64,000 bases of DNA from Phoronis australis (Eukaryota; Animalia; Phoronida): positions 10,574-74,573 of the forward strand of contig NMRA01000421.1 in the NCBI GenBank assembly GCA_002633005.1. Direction: 5' to 3'. The position numbers were made by a program, and so were the translations under genes. Below are positions 36,777 to 48,843 of the stretch, piece after piece (position 1 is the stretch's first letter; every line of letters starts with the position of its first letter). A model generated the notes under the pieces. It worked only from the letters and a program-made list of their open reading frames with translations, was not told the origin of the DNA and made no database searches.

Positions 36777-38304
36777 ATTGTGCTTATCTGATGAAAACTG
36801 ACCCGGCCAATGAGTCATTTTCACGGATTTAAAATTTAAAGTGGCATGGCACGCGATAGCTCGTCAAAAATATCTTAAACGATTCCTGACGAAGATGCCA
36901 TCTCGCAACGTTTATTAAAGAATTTTTACTTTCCTCTGTGAGGAACTTTCCTTAAAAAATGACGTTCACAATGTTTGAAATACTCAGAAAGGAAAAACTC
37001 TGTAGTTACCTCAGAATTTCTAATCTCCCTCCCCTCGCTCTTATGATAAATGCGCGCATGCGCTCACGCTCATTCGGCAAACAGCTGACTGACAAGAGGC
37101 ATAGGCAAGCTTAACCGATGGTGCCAAAAGAGCTGCTTTGAGTTATGTAATCTTTGTCTGAATCATGATGTTGTGCAGAATCCAATTACACAAAGTAGAC
37201 AGTTGGGATGTCAAGTTTTTCCACTAAGCAATTTACTAACAGAACGTATTGTGTTGATTCCGTGACTTTCACTCTTCAAATTAATGTACATCTCCTATGG
37301 TAGTAAGACATTTTTTTTCATTTGACGTAACTAAAACGTACTTCCGGTAGACGAATGTAAAAACAACTCAGGTCGCGTTAGTGAAAGCGCGAACTAAAAA
37401 ATTAAGAGTGAACAGCCACAACCAAGTTGTTCATATGAGACACATGTTAAGTGGCTCCTGCTTGGGTATCGGGCTCAAAATCTGAAGTACTCACCCCAGC
37501 CAAGGCTGATCGTTCCCGACCGCACTGCGAAAAACTCGGGTCACTCGCCTCAGGAGAAACTTTGGCACTGGATATAAAAGGCAGATTATCATGTCTGATC
37601 GCACTCCGAATCTGAGGTCGACACCACAGTGATGAGGCAAGCCAAGAGAATGAAGCAAATATTTTCCCAAAGAGAGTTCCATATGCAGTTTAGAATACAT
37701 TTGAATACTACGATACTTTTGTATCAGGCTGCTGCTTGAAGTCGCCATTGCATTGTTTGCATCAAATGTCATAAGTCAGATTTTCCATGAGTATTGTAAT
37801 GCCATAACAAATAAGGAGACGTGATTTGCCTTGTGGGAGAAAAATCAACGAAGAGACAAGCAATTGACAGGTCGTTTTTTTAATTTGAAACTAATGAACA
37901 TCAACAGAAAGTCAAAGTGTTTACGATTAAACCGTAAAATTATCTGGAGAACACGTTGAATTGTGTTTCAGTGTTAGAGAGCCACTCTGAATAACGCAAT
38001 TTTTTTATCGCGTTCTAGGCCTCTCTAGAGCTACACCACCACTGAAAATATGTCGTTAAATAGTATCAGTGAATTCGTCCATGGCTTGCAGTCTAGCTAT
38101 ATGAATTCCGCAGTTAAGAGGGCCCCCGAAGTCAAACTTATAATCTAACTTTTACACTGCACGTCTGGTATCGAGTGACAGTTGATCTACAATATAAACA
38201 AACCAACCGATAACTCGTTGATTTTAAGCGTAATGGTTGGCTGTTTTGATACAGCGACCGGTATTATTCAAGCATTAGATGGCTTAGTTTGTTTCAGTCG
38301 AATC

Positions 38305-39768
38305 ATGGCCACTCTGACACTGACGTTTTTATTCGTACTTTTACTGACTGTCTGGGTAACGGGGATTGTAACGTTGTGGTTGCTCAATCTCATTGGCTCT
38401 GCTAAATTTTCAGTATCTACCCATTCAGCAACGCGCACATTAGAAATTGCTGAGAACCAGAGGCGGCTTCTGCAACTTGACGATCAACGACAGAAGTTGC
38501 AACGGAGGCTTGCAAGCCTGTTGAAACGCTACGGAATCTTGACACACAAACTGAAACAACGTTACCCACCTGAAACGCATTTACAGCAGAAGTTAAGTAC
38601 ATGCAGTCAATCAGAGTATTATCTGAAAAAGCAAGTACTGGACGCCGAAGTATTGACGGGCAAGCGATACAGAAGCGAACATGAAACCTCGGTTTTCACA
38701 GCGTTTTCAGTGGATCCACCCATGGTTCACACGAGCCAGACCGTTTTAAGCAACAGCGTGTCTCACGCGCCTCGCGGAGATCACTCAGAAGATCTACAAG
38801 AAGTAGTTAAGTATTCACAGAACCTCCTGCTGAAAGAAAAGCGAAACGTGACACTGCAGTTTATTCAAGGACTGTATCGTGTACTACCAAAGCACGGCGC
38901 ACATTACCTATTGGAGTTCAACGCTAATAGTCAAGGTCGAAGTACCGTCACCATGGCTACAGTGTTTCGGCCGTTTGCACCCACGGTTTTGTCAAATGTA
39001 GAGACAGTCAGTTTTGGCAAGTCTCAGGCACACGTACACGTGGTCCTCCCTTTGTCTGGTCGCTTAAAGGAGTTTGAAAATTTCATCATCCATTTTCGTG
39101 AACTTCAAACTGCAGAGAATTTAGTGCTGACAATTGTGTATTTCGGTTCACTTGGGCTGAACGCTGTGAAGATGAAGTTACACAGTCTCGGCCTACAACC
39201 TCCAATAGCGAATGTAATTCATCTGAATCGAAACTTCTCACGAGCTAAGGGACTGCAGGTTGGTGCGTTCAGCTGGGAGGGTGGTGATGTTATCACTTTT
39301 TTCACCGACGTTGATGTGATATTCCGCAAAAACTTTATACGAAGATGCCGTATCTACACTCATCCAAATAAGAATGTTTATTTTCCAATAGTTTTTAGCC
39401 ATTACAACCCTAAGTATATACAAAATTTGCCAAAGTCTCTTGACTCGATGGAGAACCGTGGGTACTGGCGCGGCTACGGGTTTGGTATGAGCTGTCAGTA
39501 TCTATCTGATTTTAAAAAGATGACAGGCTTTGAGAATGGTGTGAAAGGATGGGGGGGAGAGGACATAGTGTTGTACCGTCGATACTTGGCAAGTGACCTG
39601 ATGGTGATACGTGCTTTCGATGTAGACATTGAGCATATATGGCATCCCAAATACTGCGACGCATTGTCACGTGACTCCAAAAAATGGGGCTGGTGCCAGA
39701 GAGTAAGGGCAACAAATGAAGGTTCGAACAGGGTGTTGGCTATAAAAATTATGAAAGGCAACGTTTAG
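38305..39768 (+). CDS. CSGALNACT: Second (allelic or paralogous) CSGALNACT-like copy, 487 aa
   Basis: Intact ORF from ATG 38305 with the same motifs; about 27 amino-acid differences from 31131-32591 by manual count. Confidence 0.85.
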   Translation: MATLTLTFLFVLLLTVWVTGIVTLWLLNLIGSAKFSVSTHSATRTLEIAENQRRLLQLDDQRQKLQRRLASLLKRYGILTHKLKQRYPPETHLQQKLSTCSQSEYYLKKQVLDAEVLTGKRYRSEHETSVFTAFSVDPPMVHTSQTVLSNSVSHAPRGDHSEDLQEVVKYSQNLLLKEKRNVTLQFIQGLYRVLPKHGAHYLLEFNANSQGRSTVTMATVFRPFAPTVLSNVETVSFGKSQAHVHVVLPLSGRLKEFENFIIHFRELQTAENLVLTIVYFGSLGLNAVKMKLHSLGLQPPIANVIHLNRNFSRAKGLQVGAFSWEGGDVITFFTDVDVIFRKNFIRRCRIYTHPNKNVYFPIVFSHYNPKYIQNLPKSLDSMENRGYWRGYGFGMSCQYLSDFKKMTGFENGVKGWGGEDIVLYRRYLASDLMVIRAFDVDIEHIWHPKYCDALSRDSKKWGWCQRVRATNEGSNRVLAIKIMKGNV

Positions 39769-41060
39769 TTGTTCAATAAACGTTAGCCGTTACCAGTTCT
39801 TAGTAGACTTTCATGTCCGCTGATCGATAAAGTTTCATCAGACGCCAATTGTTGTGTTTTGTTTACCGCTATACCTGCTTTAATCATGCTGAGACCTTTC
39901 CTTTCTTGCGTTGCCAGTATTTTACAACACTAACTCCATTTAAGCCTACAGTAGAATGTAACTCCCGCGCACTTATACTAGGATTTAACCTGAACAATTT
40001 GCCTTTTGCAATACCATATTTCTTCCCATGGATACTACATTTCGGTGCTTATGTACAACAATGTTGGTTTTATCCAAATTACCTGTCAGACTCCAGTTTT
40101 TACAAAATTCCTCAAGTACATAAGACTTTTCTCTGAAACACAATTATGCTAGCCAAGTTATTTGCAAAAAGCAGAAAACTCTTGGCGAATAACAGCAGGC
40201 CGTAGACACACTCTTGAGCAACACCTATTTTACACTTGAAGTACGGAGTGACGTCCGCTTGTATGTCAACACATGACTTACCCTTCTCATGTTACGGAGG
40301 ACGAAAAACTTTTCCCCCGTGGACACCCTTTGATCAGAAGGACGTAAAATAGACATGGCGTTTCGACAGCGTCAAATGCTTTACTAAAATCAACGTACAA
40401 CTAGTGCACCTTTCCACGCCTTTTTGTCACATATTTCTAAATTAAACTCTGCAAAACAAAAGTAGCGTCAATAGTGCAGTATCCAGTTCAAAAACCCGCT
40501 TGTTCTTCCGGAATACCGTTCTATTTGCCCATTCAGTAATTAGCCTTGTGTTCAAAATAGTCACTTTACCGAAGAGCGATGTTCCTCTGTAACCACAAGG
40601 TTTTTTAATCACATTTCTAAGTTGAATAAAAACATAAAAATACGTTTACACCACCTGTCAGTAATAGTCATAATGATACGTTTACACCATCCGTCAGTAA
40701 CAGTCACTGTGTCAAAAATTCTGTCCATGAAGTATATTCATTAGTTTGCCAACAGTAAATTCATCAAATTCTTGTGAGAGGCCATCTTTGCCAGGTAATT
40801 TTTATCTTGTCAAAAGCATGGATTGTTTCTTCCTTTTTAATTATGCCGTTTAAGAAGATAAAGAAGAGTGTAGCTACAGCCGAGCAAGTTGTTTTTTTTA
40901 TTCTCAAGATGTTCACAAATACAAAAAACGCATTCGTTTGCTCTATGTGCCCTACATAATTAAAAATGCCCCCAAGCCTGGCCTTCCCTAGATTTTAATG
41001 TTTTGGGAGTGCAAATTGCCCACGGCCGCAGCTATCACTGTTCAGTACGTGCCACCTATA

Positions 41061-42512
41061 CGAATGGTGAATGTTGACCAAGACCCTTCTGTACCTCTGA
41101 CGCCATACGCTTGCTCCCCTAGCGGAGATCATGAGAATTCGCTAACAGCGTTAACTACTGACTTCGCCTATTAATGCACGGCAGCGTCAGACGAGTCACA
41201 GATAGATTTGTAACAATTAATGCTCTGTATTGTTACTTCATCAATGACCTGTCTTACAATATCTCTTGTGGCACTTTTCATTTGCCCATCTTACCAGAAA
41301 TTAGTATTTTTACCTTACTTTACGTTTAGTCGATCACTACCTGTTTAATAAATTATCTTATATCGCCTACCTCGATCTCCGTTTCATCTCTGGTAACGAG
41401 CTTCTGACGCACGAACTATTACAGGTGTATATATCATTCGGGAAATATGTCGATCATAAATGTATTTGTGATATGTGATATAGTGAATTCTTAGGTTGCA
41501 TTAGAAATATATTTGCTCAGCTGAGTGACTGAGTCCTGCGTCCGCTACTGCGAATGGCCACATTACAAGTATGCAGCGGTTGTGTTTTCGTTTCAGCTTC
41601 TCGTTTGATTTACGGCAGTGATAAGCAGTCTGCTGTCTGTGAGCGGAATGTGGCCGAGCATTCGGTTATTTCATTTTCTCTTTAATGTTGAAAGTTAATC
41701 ATAAATTAGCTTGTGTCGACCACAGCGGTATGTTTTTGTTCAAAATTGACTCGCATTTGCCAAGGATTCTCCTACCTATCCATAAATAGTTCCATTGAAG
41801 AACAGCACTGTCTGTAGCCTTGCATTTGGTGTCATCACCCTGAGTCGAATTACCAGTGTGTAACCAAACTCATTGTGGGCACTAGTATCCTATCTGACCC
41901 ACCCTTGAAGAGCCTGCAATATTTGATTATTATCCATTTAAATACAAAGTATCAACATCAGTCAAAATATTATTTCACAGAACGTTGAATCCCCAGATGT
42001 TAATATTTTCCCAAAACCCGCTGTAGCACTTTTATCAGGTTATTTCGGCTTGTCAAGTGATTTTCTTATTTGACAAAAACTTTTTTGATTAATTGGTGCG
42101 AAAAAGTTCAGCACATGATGTAGTGAATAGTATTCTGTGGTTCACTGGCATAGCCAGAACTGTTAGCATAATATGCTCGAAAACTTTCCGTATTGTTTCA
42201 TAATAAACACAGCGGTCCCGCCCGCGCCATAACGTTTCACAACTGGTGACCGATAACCATTAAACATTTACAATTATGTATATGAAGTTGATATTATAAT
42301 CATTCTTTTTTTCAGACATGATGTATCTACGAAAAAAAAACAATGGCTCAACGTCATACAATACAAATTGGTTCGACTGTTAGGCTCCATTGCCATAGGG
42401 CTTTCCACTGACTGGGGGTCCATAAACTCGGTTCGTTGACCTCCTAGTCCACTATAGGGGCGCCATCATGCGTGTGACGTAAGCGGACGTACAAAAGGGT
42501 CTTGGTCAATAT
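41061..42512. mobile_element. Older relative of the Mutator-like MITE family
   Basis: Left end gaatggtgaatgttgaccaagacccttctgtac and inverted right end gtacaaaagggtcttggtcaata resemble the TIRs of 34887-35491. Confidence 0.55.
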
Positions 42513-42514
42513 AC

Positions 42515-43103
42515 TCGCTGGTTCCCTGCGTTCCGCTAGGTGGGGCGGTAGCCGCGCCAGCACGCAGGTATCACTTATTTTCATCGGTAATTTTTTTTAC
42601 ACCGACGTTTCTGATTGGCTAGTCGAATTCTCAACAAGCAGGGTTTTACGCAAACAAACTGGCATGACTGATGAACTGAAGTGTAAATATGGTCTGTTGT
42701 ACAGACAAATCGGTGCTTAAAATTCATGTTCAGGAAATGTGAAGCCTAGAAATTGTGATTGCGACTTTCAGGAATGGATCTTTCTACAGTCGATGACTTT
42801 TGTTTACGATAGTGTGCTGTATTCATACAATATGAATAACACACGGCTTAAATCGGCCAGATATGTGTTGATTGTACATGTATGTGCTTCAAGCACGCGG
42901 TTATTAAACATCACTGCAGAAACGAAATAGTTACTGCTACGCCTCTTGCATGACAAGGCTAAAAATCGTTCACAGTCCGCCATTTTTTCACGGTGTTGTA
43001 AAGCTAACCAATGACTGCCGAGGTTGCATCGACCAATGCTAAAGCGCGTGCCACTGCGTGACACCTGCGTGCTGGCTGGGCTAAGCACGCAGGGAACCAG
43101 CGA
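42515..43103. mobile_element. MITE with TIR tcgctggttccctgcgt
   Basis: Perfect 17-bp TIR plus internal gccagcacgcaggt/acctgcgtgctggc; another left end at 62991. Confidence 0.75.
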
Positions 43104-44789
43104 TCGTCAATATTCTCCAGTATACTGTATATGGTACGGCGGAGAATTGCAGTGAATCGTTTAGTTGTTTTGTTTGAAGCCTTGTAGTCGTGCATGCAGG
43201 GTTCACTAAGCATGCCGGTTTTTTGCTTTGTTTGCTTGAGGAATATAAGGATTTTACGTTTTGTATGACCATGATGAATTTAGTACAATGACCGCTGTCA
43301 GAATAAATATTGATTAAGTAATTAGTAAGAATAGATCCATTTTTAGTTGCCCAAAATTTATGCAAAATTAATGTACTTTTAAATCATGGGGTCAAACTTG
43401 TTGACATGTACTTTAACGTCAAAATCTAATTTGTGGTTTTTATTAGCCAATCGCTAAATAAGTAGTATATTATAATATGGGCTAAAATCAAGAAGATATT
43501 CAGATAAGCTAGATAGTAGATGAAGCATAAAGACTTGCGACAATGCACAGAGGAAATTGTACAACAGAGCCATCTCGTGGAAGATTCTAAAGAGGATCTT
43601 GGCAAGGGCAAGGGTTAACGAACATGGAAGTTAACTAAGAGCTTGTCACTTGCATGGTGTGTAGTAAGATATCTATATACTGCCTGAAGTGTTGCGTCAC
43701 CAGAGACTGTGCAGCAAGTACACTGTCGCTATTCAGTGTGTGTAGTTCGAAGATTCACCAACAGGACTCTCATCTACCAAGTGGAGATATTTGATTGAAG
43801 TAATCTTTAAAGAGGGCGCTGGCGTAGTTACTCTTCTATGTAGTTGATTACTTAAATTAATTAACAACAGGTTTCACTTGTTTAAGTAGGGGTAATCATA
43901 AAATAAATTGGTTACTGGATTAATCATTCTCTCTCCATCAGTCAGTATTATCACCAGTTGTTTTTCTAACTTGTTCAGCCCATTGGCTGCCTAGGCCTTA
44001 GACAATACCGCTGACCCAGTAGAGACGGTGATCATACCAAAGGTGCTCCATATGCTGGATGCTTTTCGGCAAATTATGTTCTTATAAGTTTAGAAGTACC
44101 GCATAGAGAGATGCCTCTGAGGAAGTCGTTAATGTTTTCATTTGTTCCCAGTTTAAACAAATACTCCTGCAATACTGTTTTTCGAGCACGCCATTGTTCA
44201 GTTGCCACATCGACACTGCTTGCGCTAAGGGATAATCATATGGCGTTATACTGTGGGTGTGATTTTAAAGCACTTTAAGTCAAAAAATTTTGAGAAAGTT
44301 AAATAGAGTAGATGGTTGCAAACCACATGCCCAAGTGGCCGTCATCCCCTGCCGTAGTCCTGGGATAGGGGGAACCTCTTCTCAATTTCTTGTAAACATT
44401 AACTACTTAGGTAGCTGCAATGATAATTAAATTAAAGTGCCTAAGTGGCCATCATCGCGGTCGTAATTTGAGGACGATGGAAGCCACCGTCCATTTCGTC
44501 AAAGATCGATTACCTTAAGTGTAAATCGATTGACTATGGTTTGAGCATCTGATTTAAAAAAATTAAATTTCAATCACTGCACTGGTATATCAGCTGATTT
44601 ATTTTCAGTAGCATCAACTAATCTAATTTTTAGACGATCAACATTTTTAGGCGACAGATCAGATGGCATGTAAATTTGTTAGGCTGGTGGTGGATCAGTT
44701 CCTGATAAGTCCATCTGAAAAAGTTGCATGCCAACTCACTTACATGTATAGTTGAATGTTAAATTAGTGTTAACAGTTCGGGTTTTTTT

Positions 44790-46312
44790 CAGTTGGACTT
44801 GTATCGCAAGCAACAGCTCTATCCAGAGCCCTGAATACGCAAATGAAATTTAAAGATAAAGACCTTGTGTCTTAGAAGCCAAGTACCACAGATCATCATG
44901 CTTTAAAAAATAGAAAGACAACGACTGTGAAGAATGACGAATCCGCAGTTTTCATAGATGTTTTTCTACAGTTTTGTTTGGAGTTCATTGAATCAAAGCT
45001 TCTAACATATGAAGATGTCATTTGCCTTTCCAAACTTAAGCAAGACTTTGAAGCTGTTCTTCAGAAAGCTGGTGTGCATGAAGTTATTTGGACAGGCAAT
45101 CTTAAGAAATATTGTTGAAGCTACTCACTATTGTAGTTTGTGCCTGACTAAGAGATACGAAAGAGAATTGAGGCTAGTGTTCAATAATTCACTTGGTGAC
45201 TCTAATTAACACAGCCCATTATAACATATTTTGAATCAAACGTTTGCCCAAATCCTCCCCGCCTCCAAACAAGGACTTAGTGTTTGACCATTCATTGCCT
45301 GCGGGCCAATCACCAGTGTGCAGTGCTGTACCCTCTCTAATCGACCATAGTTGGCTCCTTGGCGGTGGAGCTTTGCAGTTAAAATGTATGGCAATGCCCG
45401 CATCTTCATCGACAGCACTAAAAGATGAACGCTGCAAGTGCAAAAAGAACATGTGTTCTGGGAAACTGAGTTTGTGCTGCAATGCTGGGTCAAACTGTAC
45501 AGAAATGTGCAGCTGTGACAACTGTAGTAACATCAGCAACATCGACTGCATAACATTGGATAGTTCTTTGACAAGTCAAGCCTAAATAGACCTCCAACCC
45601 CGTTATTTCGTTTATTTTGTATTAAAAAGTTAATTTTATTTGTTGATTAAGTCATAGAAAGTACATACTTTGATCATTGTCATGTATTTGTCTCATACTA
45701 CTTGATAAACGCGGTCAGAATAATCTATTACTTTCATACAGTCTGTGTTCACATTCACAGAGATTGTTTTTGTACTATAACGTATTTCGGGTGTATTATG
45801 CAAACAAGCTGTATTTTACATCATTAGTCAATGTTTTAGTCATTGAGGCACAAATTTTTCCCTGTCTCAAGTGTTTTGTGTTATTTTTGTTGCCAGACAG
45901 TGCCAGAATAACTTCATAGTAAGATTCAGACTTAGTTTACATTTTTGCCACTAGGTGTCTCTTTACATTTTTTAAATTTCACTGTTTACAATTAATCTAC
46001 AACAGTAAAACATGTAATGTGAGTGTAATATTGTTCAATACAATGACACTGATGGGACCATATTACTTGTTTTACAAAAAAGTCACCAAAACTGTTGTTT
46101 TTACAAATATAAGTTTACTAAGTCTTTGGTGATTATTAGGTAACTTCAAACTCAAATTTCTCAAAAATGTGCAACTTTATATGTGGGAACTTTTTAGATT
46201 TTGAAAACACTCTAATAAATGAATTAAAAAACACCAAAATAAAATTGCCCCCCTAAAGTACTCACAAAAATCCTTTTCTAGAGGCCCTACAAATTCTGGC
46301 CCACCGACTACT
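44790..46312 (+). mobile_element. Internally deleted large DNA transposon with CXC-type C-terminus (Academ-like)
   Basis: Frameshifted DLV..EAKYHR..C motif (~44860) and LP...HSW...CKCKK..C....CC..G..CTEMCSCDNCSN (45244-45585); terminus tctggcccaccgacta. Superfamily assignment is from memory. Confidence 0.55.
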
Positions 46313-47141
46313 AAGCACAATCTCAAAGCATACCTACCTTTTAAACAAACCCACAGTCAATCTCTGTCAACCATAAACAGCATGACGGCGTTCTGTCGTT
46401 CAGCAACTTTTCCAGACGTGAGGGGTTCTGAACGTGCGATAACATCTGGCTTCTTTGTTAACTACCTAGCACAGTCTTTTGTCCCGTTTGACAACAAGCA
46501 GGCCAATTATCTCCCAGGCTTCAAAGGGTTACTGAAACCTGGCAGAATGGATTGTCTTAACTTCTGTTGTAGTTGGGCAGGGAATTCAGAAATGTTGTTG
46601 GTTTATGTTCAAATGTGTTATAACTTAACTTTCATTTTTAGCAGCACAGCCCAGTCAGGCTAGATACGATCTGATCGGAGATTGGAGCAATTATCGAACA
46701 AAAGAGAGCCGGCACTCCAACCATAAATGCCGGATAGAGTTAATCAGTCGTGTAAGATATTGGCTACAGAGGTGATTTTCCCAACTTGTTGTTGGGCTAT
46801 AGAATCGAACAAGTTGGGAGCAACGGGAAAACGCCGTAATGGACAGTAATCAGACAAACAAACTACTTGATTAACTTTTAATGCTGACAGTGATTATCCT
46901 AAATAATACAATAAATAGTGATTAGAGCTATATTTACAACCAAAACCAAAGCGTACACCAACTGCTATAAACGTGACACTTGCAGTACTCGGCTAGCTCA
47001 TTTCAGGGCACGAACCTCCATACCCACTCACAATAGCGGAGTTGCAACGCCGCCATATTGGAAATGGGTCAGAATGTTGCATTGTGGTTAAGCCGGTAAA
47101 CAAGTACGTCGGCAAGCGTGGGGGCGAACCGGCCACAGGGA

Positions 47142-47385
47142 GGTTATACGTGTTGTGTGCCTGGCATGCTATAATACCAGTTAGCGAAATAAAAAATTTA
47201 GTTACTACCTGTTTCCCAAGGATCATGGAACTGCGTTAAACATGGGTCAGAGACATCGGTAGAGCTGGTAGCAAAGGCCGACTTCGTGAATTCTTTCCGA
47301 CTTCGTAGCATAAAGTGTGCAGCGCTCATTTTGAGGGCGGCAAGAAAACGTATCTTAGAAACTGCCCAACAATATCTCCCTTCAA
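47142..47385 (+). mobile_element. THAP zinc-finger pseudogene fragment (transposon-derived)
   Basis: GYTCCVPG/CYN...YYLFPKD...TWVRDIGR...KVCSAHFEGGKKTY...CPT with frameshifts and stops. Confidence 0.8.
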
Positions 47386-48439
47386 AGAAACAGTAACAAA
47401 TACTCCACGGCGGTTGGTAGTGAAAAAAAAAACTTGTTTTCGCTTGACCAGAACCAAGCCAACATGAGCAATTTTGAGGATAATGCCTCTGCACAATCAC
47501 CTGTTCTGGGTCGACTCACTTAACGTATGCACACTATATGCATTACGCGCTAAGATAAAGCGTGCAGATTATTATTATTTACTTTCTACAAAATTGTGGT
47601 ACATTGCTATCAAAATTCGTTGTTAAATTACGATCATTTTTCATAAAATTTTGTTGAAGTTCCAGGGCGAAATCTTGCCGACAAATGCGTAGCTGCTGGT
47701 CTCGCAATCGTCGATAGGGCTTGAATTCTTAAATAAGAATACAGCTTTGACTCAACAAATTACCTGAAATCCTCCTCAAGTTTTCCAAATAGCGTCTCTA
47801 AGATTTTTAAGTTCTTGTGAAGTCTGGATTAACTGCAGATTAAGTCCAAATCTACGCTAGATTGTAGCACGCAACCCGAGAAAAATCTCTGTGGGAACAC
47901 ATGTTGTTGTCACGTGACGTTTGTTTTGAAGTTTGTATGCGTGTGTGTGAGAGTAAGCGTGCGTGTGCTTGTCAGAGTTCATTTGCCAGAGTAATGTAAT
48001 GATCTAGGTGTGCATTGTATCCAAAAAAAAAAAATAAGTCAAGCAGAGCGTGTTTTAATATTTACGGCTTAGCACTTGCTGGCCTCATCTGCTAAAAACG
48101 TTCGAGAATTTTTTCGGTAAGACCGACATGTCACTCATTGAGTCGCCGGGTGAGTGGATGCGTGACCGTAGTGTAACAGCTATTTCCCGGAAGATTTGGG
48201 GTGTAAGGGTGCGAAGTGGGTCATTTTGACCTTAAAAACACCAATTATGATTAGTTAAATAATTTCTCTTAAAAATAATGCAGAAGCTTTTTACGGTATT
48301 GGAAACTTTCGGAAATTAGTGCCAATATTTATTTGCCGATGCTATGTTACCCGATTAATCTTCGATGACAGTCGGTACATTATGCAGCGCGCGCTTCTTG
48401 GTCGCGTGCTAACACTGGTCGAGTTTTTTTTTTTAGTCT

Positions 48440-48843
48440 TCGATTCACGGTTTTCACATGCACAAAGAAGTTTGAGGCCGGAGAAGATCTGTACTGGAAA
48501 GAAACAATGCAATCCCGCTCTTTGACAAGTACGCTGTGTCTGTTTTCAAAGTCCAGACCCGCGTAGTGGGGCACATCCCTCGCAAGAGCAGCAAAACTTC
48601 TGCGTTCTTTTTGAATCGCGGCGTAAGTTTGAAGTGTATACGGACATAACGGTGAGGCTCGTGGTCCGTTACAAATTCAGGCTGTCGGATCTTTCAATTG
48701 ATAAATTGGAGACGTTAGAACTGTAGGTAAGGGCATTTTTCGCATGTACATGTAGTTCATGGGCTGGGCGCTTACTTTAGCAAAGTCTGAAAACGCGTTG
48801 GGGCACTTGTTGAGCCATGGGCGCTAATTAGGGCGAATAGCGG
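48440..48843 (+). mobile_element. HIRAN-like domain remnant followed by a Tigger/pogo-like terminus
   Basis: FDKYAVSVFKVQTRVVGHIPRKSSKTSAFFLNRGVSLKC from 48521; end gggcgctaattagggcgaatagcgg (48819-48843). Confidence 0.6.

Larger units (their letters stand above)
32811..39981 (+). repeat. Second copy of 27300-32809, probable uncollapsed haplotype
   Basis: Colinear with 27300-32809 apart from two inserted elements and small indels; begins immediately after the single N at 32810. Confidence 0.85.

Noticed and set aside
38182-38304. 41-aa N-terminal extension of the 528-aa ORF
   Set aside because: Non-ATG start, crosses a splice acceptor, and is out of frame in copy 1 because of a local duplication; the true start is 38305.
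27300-39981. Genuine tandem CSGALNACT gene-family expansion
   Set aside because: Not supportable as stated because the junction is an assembly N; treated as probable allelic duplication until reads are checked.
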